From an uncultured delta proteobacterium (GTDB lineage: Bacteria; Myxococcota_A; Polyangia; Polyangiales; B10-G4), in assembly GCA_963727445.1 (NCBI GenBank), contig CAVSGI010000017.1:158372-222371 (forward strand): a stretch of 64,000 nucleotides of DNA, in the 5' to 3' direction. This document shows positions 58,438 through 64,000 of this stretch, piece after piece; position 1 is the stretch's first letter, and every line of letters starts with the position of its first letter. The translations under genes were made by a program, and so were the position numbers. The notes under the pieces are model-generated. The model saw only the letters and a program-made list of their open reading frames with translations. It made no database searches and was not told the origin of the DNA.

Positions 58438-59103
58438 TCAGTTGTCCAGCGTCTCGATGTAGGAGACGACGTCTAGGATCGCCTGGTCGTCGGGGAGCGC
58501 CAGGGCCTGCGGCCGCATGGTGATCCCCGTCACGTCGAGAACGTCCGTGCCACGGTAGCCCTCGCGGAACTTGTGAAGTTGAGCGACCAGATACCAGTCG
58601 CTCTGATGCTGAAGGGGCGGGCCGTTCATGTCGTGATTGCCCTGGGCCTGCTGGCCGTGACAGGTGATGCACGGCTGACTACCGTCGATGGGCTGCGTGA
58701 AGAGCGCCTGCCCGTGGGTGGGATCGCCCCCGCTCATCTCGTCGGGCGGATCCACCTTCGGCAGGCTGGCGACGTAGGCAGCGACCTCGCTCACCTCTCC
58801 GTCGTTGGCCAGCGTGCGGCTCATGGGCCGCATCCTCAGGCCGTCGGTGTCCATCGGGTGATCGCCCCGCGCGCCGATCCGGAACTTGTGAAGCTCGTTT
58901 TCGACGTACCACTGATCCAAGCCGGCGATCGCCGGGACCCGGATATCGGGGTTCCCCTGACCCGTAGCGCCGTGACACTGCTCGCAATAACCGTAGAGCT
59001 CTTCGCCTCGCTCCGCCTGAGTCTGGCCACTCACGCAGCCGGCGCAGGACAAGAGCACGAGGAAACCGATGCTTCTCGGTGCCTTCTGCCAATCCATGGA
59101 CAT
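58438..59103 (-). CDS. diheme c4-type cytochrome c lipoprotein
   Basis: Lipobox CAGC; CEQCH and CITCH, each followed by P.iagl/lq...wY...l.kFr.G.R and a Met ligand. Confidence 0.88.
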   Translation of the reverse strand: MSMDWQKAPRSIGFLVLLSCAGCVSGQTQAERGEELYGYCEQCHGATGQGNPDIRVPAIAGLDQWYVENELHKFRIGARGDHPMDTDGLRMRPMSRTLANDGEVSEVAAYVASLPKVDPPDEMSGGDPTHGQALFTQPIDGSQPCITCHGQQAQGNHDMNGPPLQHQSDWYLVAQLHKFREGYRGTDVLDVTGITMRPQALALPDDQAILDVVSYIETLDN

Positions 59104-59389
59104 GTCCTAATAGGCCGCGAAGGAGCGGCCGGGTTGCTGAATAGGCCCATCTGGCCCGGGTTTCAAGACCTTCCGCGCGGCGGCAGCGAATCGAGGAGGC
59201 TACCGGTGGTGGGTCCTCGTCCCGGGGCGATCCACCCCCGCCGAGGCCGGTGTGAAAGCTCACCGTTGACCGCCCCCCACTTGGGACCTAACACCGCCCT
59301 CAGACGACGCTTGAGCAAGCCTCGGGCGTCCATTATAAGGCAGGCCGCAGACGAGGGTTCGATGACCCTCCTCCGAGCAGACTTCGACC

Positions 59390-60034
59390 ATGCTCTATCG
59401 CACCCGAACCCGTTTTCTCACCGTGGCTGCGATCCTCGTCGCGTTCGCCGCGCCGGCGCTGGCCGGCTGTCGGGGTGCGCCCTCCGAGGAGACCCCGATC
59501 GTTCCGATCCGGAACATGTACGACCAGCCCCGGTACAACGTCCAAGGCACCAGCAATTTCTTCGCGGATGGCCGCTCCATGCGCCCGCTCCCCGAAGGCA
59601 CAGTTCCGCAGGAGGCCTGGGCCGACAACACGGCGGCGACGGGCTGGTCCGACGCGGAGACGAGCTGGGCGCTGACCGTTCCACGCAGCGTCATCCAGGC
59701 CAACGGCGGCATGGAAGCGCACGTCGCGCGCGGTCAGGATCGCTACGACATCTACTGCACGCCCTGTCATGGCTACGCGGGTGACGGGGACGGCATGGTG
59801 CCGACGCGCGTCGGTGGTGCGATCAAGCCGCCCACCTTCCACGACGATCGCCTTCGGCACGCGCCCGACGGACAGATCTTCGCGACCATCACTCACGGCC
59901 GCAACAACATGCCGATGTACCGGCACATGATCCCCGCCAACGATCGCTGGGCGATCGTCAGCTACGTTCGCGCGCTGCAGCTCAGCCAGCAGCCCGAGCC
60001 CACGGCGATGAACCTCGAGGGGAGCGGCCAGTGA
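59390..60034 (+). CDS. ActE-like monoheme cytochrome c lipoprotein (alternative complex III type)
   Basis: Lipobox LAGC, NMYDQPRY, FFADGRSMRP.PEGTV, YDIYCTPCHG..GDGDG and DRWAIVSYVRALQ. Confidence 0.82.
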   Translation: MLYRTRTRFLTVAAILVAFAAPALAGCRGAPSEETPIVPIRNMYDQPRYNVQGTSNFFADGRSMRPLPEGTVPQEAWADNTAATGWSDAETSWALTVPRSVIQANGGMEAHVARGQDRYDIYCTPCHGYAGDGDGMVPTRVGGAIKPPTFHDDRLRHAPDGQIFATITHGRNNMPMYRHMIPANDRWAIVSYVRALQLSQQPEPTAMNLEGSGQ

Positions 60035-60714
60035 AGATCAAGCTGCCGAAACCCCGCAAACCCAAGTACTGGGAGATCGTCGTCACCTGGACTCTCCTCA
60101 CCGTCGGAGGCCTCTTCGGCATCCGGTACTGGGTCTACTCGTACTCCACGGCCACCGCCTACGCGTCGGAGCGTCCCTCCACCAACGAGACGGTGACCGA
60201 GCTGAAGGCCAAGCAGCGCGCGAAGCTCGAAGACGCGCCGCTCGACATCGAGGCGGCGATGCAGCGCCTCGCGCAGGCCGATCGGAACACGATCCCCCTG
60301 ATCGCGCCCGAGGCTTCCGCGGACATGGGCCCGGCGGCGGGTTGGATGCACGCGCCCGACTACGTCGCGCCGCCCCAGTTCGATCCGACCGAGGCGCCCG
60401 CGCCCGAAGAGGCCGCGCCGGAAGAGGCGACGCCGGAAGAGGGCGCCGAGGAGCCCGCGGCGGCTGAAGAGCCCGCCGAGGCTCCGCCCGCCGCGCCTGC
60501 CGAGGGCGCGCCGACGATGGCGCCGACCGCGATGGTCGCTGCGCCGACCGCGATGGTCGCTGCGCCGACCGCGATGGCTCCGGCTGCGATGGCTCCGGCT
60601 GCGATGGCTCCGGCTGCGATGGCTCCGGCTGCGATGGCCCCGGCTGCGATGGCCCCGGCGATGACGACGATGGCAAACGCACCCGCGGCGCCCGCCGCGG
60701 CAGACACGGAATAG
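60031..60714 (+). CDS. single-TM protein with Pro/Ala/Glu linker and Met-rich repeat tail
   Basis: GTGA overlap with the upstream gene, one TM segment, LDIEAAMQRLA, and APTAM/APAAM repeats. Confidence 0.65.
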   Translation: MKIKLPKPRKPKYWEIVVTWTLLTVGGLFGIRYWVYSYSTATAYASERPSTNETVTELKAKQRAKLEDAPLDIEAAMQRLAQADRNTIPLIAPEASADMGPAAGWMHAPDYVAPPQFDPTEAPAPEEAAPEEATPEEGAEEPAAAEEPAEAPPAAPAEGAPTMAPTAMVAAPTAMVAAPTAMAPAAMAPAAMAPAAMAPAAMAPAAMAPAMTTMANAPAAPAAADTE

Positions 60715-60726
60715 AGACGACGCGCC

Positions 60727-61245
60727 ATGTGGAAGGACTTCGAAGCAACGGGAATCGGTGTCGTCCTCGGCATCGTCATCTTCCTTCTGGTCAACATCGC
60801 CGCCGGGATGGACATCCTGCCGCGCGCGTCACGTGACTTTCAGCCCATCGTGGTGCCGGTCACGGATCTGAACCCGGACAGCCTCTTCTCCACGAACTGC
60901 CAGATGTGCCACCAGTCCGACGGCCGTGGCCTCCCCGGTCAGTTCCCTCCCCTCGCGGGCTCCCCCTGGGTCCTGCAGGATCCCGAGACGCCGATCCGCG
61001 TTCTGATCCTCGGCATCTCGGGTGAGATCGAGGTCGAGGGAAACACCTTCAACGGCGTGATGCCGGCGCAGACGCAGCTCAACGACGAGCAGATCTCGAT
61101 CCTCGTCACCAAGATCCGCTCGAGCTGGGGCAACGACGCGCCCGAGGTCACCGAAGAGCAGGTCGCCGCCGTGCGCGCGTCCCTCGCCGGTCGCACCACC
61201 GCCCTCGGTGGCGGCGCCGAGCTCAGCGCGCTCCGCGGGCAGTAG
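60727..61245 (+). CDS. membrane-anchored monoheme cytochrome c
   Basis: N-terminal TM, CQMCHQSDGRG...FPPLAGS, GVMPA and IRSSWGN. Confidence 0.88.
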   Translation: MWKDFEATGIGVVLGIVIFLLVNIAAGMDILPRASRDFQPIVVPVTDLNPDSLFSTNCQMCHQSDGRGLPGQFPPLAGSPWVLQDPETPIRVLILGISGEIEVEGNTFNGVMPAQTQLNDEQISILVTKIRSSWGNDAPEVTEEQVAAVRASLAGRTTALGGGAELSALRGQ

Positions 61246-61253
61246 ATCGCGTC

Positions 61254-61734
61254 GGCTTCGGCCCGCGTTTGCGCGGAGCGCTCTCCGACCCATCGCGCGA
61301 TGCCTGAGACTTCGGCCCGCCCGCGCGGGCCGATTGTCAGCCCTACGCGCGATGCCTAGGACTTCAGCCCGCCCCCGCGGACCGCTCTCCCACCCATCGC
61401 GAGATGCTTAGGACTTCGGCCCGCCCGCGCGGACCGCTCTTCGACCCATCGCGAGATGCCCGAGACTTCGGCCCGCCCGCGCGGACCGCTCTTCGACCCA
61501 TCGCGAGATGCCTGAGACTTCGGCCCGCCCGCGCGGACCGCTCTTCGACCCATCGCGAGATGCCCGAGACTTCGGCCCGCCCGCGCGGACCGCTCTTCGA
61601 CCCATCGCGAGATGCCTGAGACTTCGGCCCGCCCGCGCGGACCGCTCTTCGACCCATCGCGAGATGCCCGAGACTTCGGCCCGCCCGCGCGGACCGCTCT
61701 TCGACCCATCGCGAGATGCCTGAGACTTCGGCCC
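61254..61734. repeat. 52-bp tandem array (about 9 copies)
   Basis: Unit GACTTCGGCCCGCCCGCGCGGACCGCTCTTCGACCCATCGCGAGATGCC[C/T]GA at about 61254, 61308, 61360, 61412, 61464, 61516, 61568, 61620, 61672 and 61724 (partial). Confidence 0.95.
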
Positions 61735-61737
61735 CGC

Positions 61738-62460
61738 TCACTCCTCGACCGGGTCGTAGCCGAACATGGCGTAGCGCCAGGGGGCTGCGTCGAGGTGCAG
61801 GTGATCGTGATGGCGCCGATTCGGCGGACCGACGATGCCGCGGAAGACGTCGGGGCGGCGGTGGATCGCCTCGGCGAGGTCGTGCAGGAACGCGGCGTGG
61901 TAGTCGTCGCGTGCGCGTCGCGGCGACCAGTGGCGGATCACGCGGAGGCGAAAGGGGCGGCGTAGACGACGCGGCATGCCGTCGGGGAGCTCCGCGCCGC
62001 GCGGGAGGCGGCCGAAGTCGAAGCCCTGCAGATCGAGGGCGTTGCCGAAGGCGTGCTCGCTGATGCGTCCGCGGCGACCGCGCGCGCTCCGACAGGCGAA
62101 GGCGCCCTTGTGGATCAGCCGGCGCGGCGCGCGGCCGTAGCGCTCGGTCGCCATCTGGGTGGCGAGCTCCTCGAAGCGCTCGAGGCGCTCGACGAAGGCG
62201 GGGTGGACGCGCACCGCGTAGCGGAGCGCGCGGCTCCGGTGGGTGACCATGATGTCGGCCGCGCAGTGCACGCGCGCGCCCTGCGGCAGGAAGCGCTCGA
62301 TCGGATCGAGGACGTAGGGCTGAGAAGGCCAGCCGTCGAAGAACGAGTAGTAGCGGATCGAGAGACCGGTGTCGGGGAGCTCGGCGCGGGTGACGGTGGC
62401 GCCGCTCAGACCGAAGAGCGCGACACAGAGCGCGAGCGCGAGCCGGGGGAGAGGCCGCAT
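61738..62460 (-). CDS. extensin-like C-terminal family protein (M15-like Zn-peptidase fold)
   Basis: Signal peptide, ACR, ISEHAFGNALD and HHDHLHLD. Confidence 0.8.
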   Translation of the reverse strand: MRPLPRLALALCVALFGLSGATVTRAELPDTGLSIRYYSFFDGWPSQPYVLDPIERFLPQGARVHCAADIMVTHRSRALRYAVRVHPAFVERLERFEELATQMATERYGRAPRRLIHKGAFACRSARGRRGRISEHAFGNALDLQGFDFGRLPRGAELPDGMPRRLRRPFRLRVIRHWSPRRARDDYHAAFLHDLAEAIHRRPDVFRGIVGPPNRRHHDHLHLDAAPWRYAMFGYDPVEE

Positions 62461-62491
62461 CCTCGCCCGATGATACCCCAGCGCCGCCGAG

Positions 62492-63430
62492 ATGACCGCC
62501 TGGCGGTCGTAACTCGCATCGTCGACGCCAACGCCGGCCGATCTGACCGCGGGGCGGCCATCACTCGCATCGTCGACGCCAACGCCGGCCGATGTGACCG
62601 CGGGGCGGCCATCACTCGCATCGTCGACGCCAACACCGGCAGATGTGACCGCGGGGCGGTCGTAACCGCATCGTCGACACCAACGCCGGCCGATCTGACC
62701 GCGGGGCGGCCATAACTCGCATCGTCGACGCCAACACCGGCCGATCTGACCGCGGGGCGGCCATAACTCGCATCGTCGACGCCAACGCCGGCCGATCTGA
62801 CCGCGGGGCGGTCGTAACTCGCATCGTCGACGCCAACGCCGGCCGAATCTGACCGCGGGGCGGTCGTAACTCGCATCGTCGACGCCAACGCCGGCAGATC
62901 TGACCGCGGGGCGGCCATAACTCGCATCGTCGACGCCAACGCCGGCAGATCTGACCGCGGGGCGGTCGTAACCCGCATCGTCGACGCCAACACCGTAACT
63001 CGCATCGTCGACGCCAACACCGGCAGATGTGACCGCGGGGCGGTCGTAACCCGCATCGTCGACGCCAACGCCGGCCGATCTGACCGCGGGGCGGTCGTAA
63101 CTCGCATCGTCGACACCAACGCCGGCCGATCTGACCGCGGGGCGGCCATAACTCGCATCGTCGACGCCAACACCGGCCGATGTGACCGCGGGGGCGGCCA
63201 TAACTGGCATCGTCGACGCCAACACCGGCCGATGTGACCGCGGGGCGGTCGTAACTCGCATCGTCGACGCCAACGCCGGCCGATCTGACCGCATAGCGGT
63301 CGTAACTCGCATCGTCGACGCCAACACCGGCCGATGTGACCGCGGGGCGGTCGTAACTCGCATCGTCGACGCCAACGCCGGCCGATCTGACCGCGGGGCG
63401 GCCGTAACTCGGATCGTCGACACCAACGCC
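62492..63430. repeat. 51-bp tandem array (19 core copies)
   Basis: Unit CCGATCTGACCGCGGGGCGGTCGTAACTCGCATCGTCGACGCCAACGCCGG with point variants and one 27-bp short unit near 62976-63003. Confidence 0.95.
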
Positions 63431-63481
63431 GCCTCGCCCCACCCCTCGAACGTGGTCCACGGTTGGGGCGAGGCGGCGTTG
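63424..63481. repeat. perfect 18-bp inverted repeat
   Basis: CAACGCCGCCTCGCCCCA (63424-63441) pairs with TGGGGCGAGGCGGCGTTG (63464-63481) around a 22-nt loop. Confidence 0.85.
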
Positions 63482-63755
63482 ATGATGGCAGGGTTTGCCG
63501 ACCACCCCGACGACTTCGATGACAACGAGGTGGCGTTCTACTCGTTGCTATCGCGGCTTTCCTTCACCGACGGCGAGACGCCCGGTTCCGCCTCGCCGGT
63601 CGGCGCTCCGCGCTCACCCGATGAGGGGGCGTTCCAGGCCGCCACCGAGGATGGGTCGCCGCCAACCAATCCTGAAGAGCCCACGCCCGCTGACACCTCG
63701 GACGAAGCGCCACCGCAGGATCCCGACGCGCGCGAAGCCACGCCCTGACTCCAGC

Positions 63756-64000
63756 TCACCCCTCGACGGGCCGATGCTGCGTGCCCGTGCCGTGCGTGAT
63801 GAAGAGCAGCTTGCTCGGCTCGTGCACGAGGGCGCGGTGCCAGTCGCCCCGGAGGTTCAGCCAGGTGTCGCCGGGCTGGTCGAGCTTCTGCCGCCGCTCC
63901 TCTCCGTCCCGTTCGCTCACCAGCGTCACGGATCCCGAGAGCAGCACGACGAGCTCCTCGCCCTCCGGGTGCATCTCCCAATGCCCCCAGAGCAATACAT
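63756..64000 (-). CDS. cupin-domain protein (5'-partial)
   Basis: WEMHPEGEELVVLLSG...RGDWH...LFITHG.GTQHR. Confidence 0.8.
   Translation of the reverse strand, partial: VLLWGHWEMHPEGEELVVLLSGSVTLVSERDGEERRQKLDQPGDTWLNLRGDWHRALVHEPSKLLFITHGTGTQHRPVEG

Noticed and set aside
61254..63430. 52-bp and 51-bp arrays as CRISPR or TIGR-like guide arrays
   Set aside because: Units are contiguous and near-identical with no unique spacers, and no cas or other effector gene is in the window.
62461..63525. Long N-terminal extension of the extensin-like ORF (595 aa)
   Set aside because: It is a translation of the 51-bp array drifting between frames; a clean signal peptide starts at 62460.
63482..63748. 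Short acidic/Pro-rich plus-strand ORF after the hairpin
   Set aside because: No RBS or motif recognised; it may be a gene remnant but cannot be supported.

Overview
High-GC bacterial window whose gene content (MYXO-CTERM-like sorting tails, a CglB-like vWA lipoprotein, a DUF1592/DUF1552 pair, many Cys-rich lipoproteins, ferritin-like proteins) points to a myxobacterium, probably Polyangia/Sandaracinaceae-like; this taxonomy is inferred. It carries three co-oriented but widely separated pyrimidine-catabolism genes (dihydropyrimidinase, beta-ureidopropionase, CoA-acylating malonate/methylmalonate-semialdehyde dehydrogenase). Other content includes a two-component pair, a TetR plus diiron operon, a GcvT-family oxidoreductase, TmcA, a CDF transporter, two divergent multi-BON proteins and a heavily frameshifted pyruvate carboxylase. 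The most striking locus is a heme-copper oxidase operon (52.9-59.1 kb). Its A-type subunit I keeps the D-channel and the HPEVY site but has lost the canonical K-channel residues and gained two intramembrane glutamates. The operon also has an unannotated 36-aa membrane subunit, split subunit III genes, a subunit IV-cytochrome c fusion, and a divergent orphan ActE-like cytochrome cluster. A 2.5-kb patchwork at 12.0-14.5 kb joins fragments of IS256, a toxin-like tail with a coupled gene, a RAYT/Y1 transposase, an IS3/IS407 end and a subtilase. Four distinct repeat structures are present: a 28-bp REP-like cluster, a 126-bp in-frame repeat, and 52-bp and 51-bp tandem arrays. No rRNA, tRNA or CRISPR array was recognised. 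All family calls are from motif recognition by eye, not database searches.
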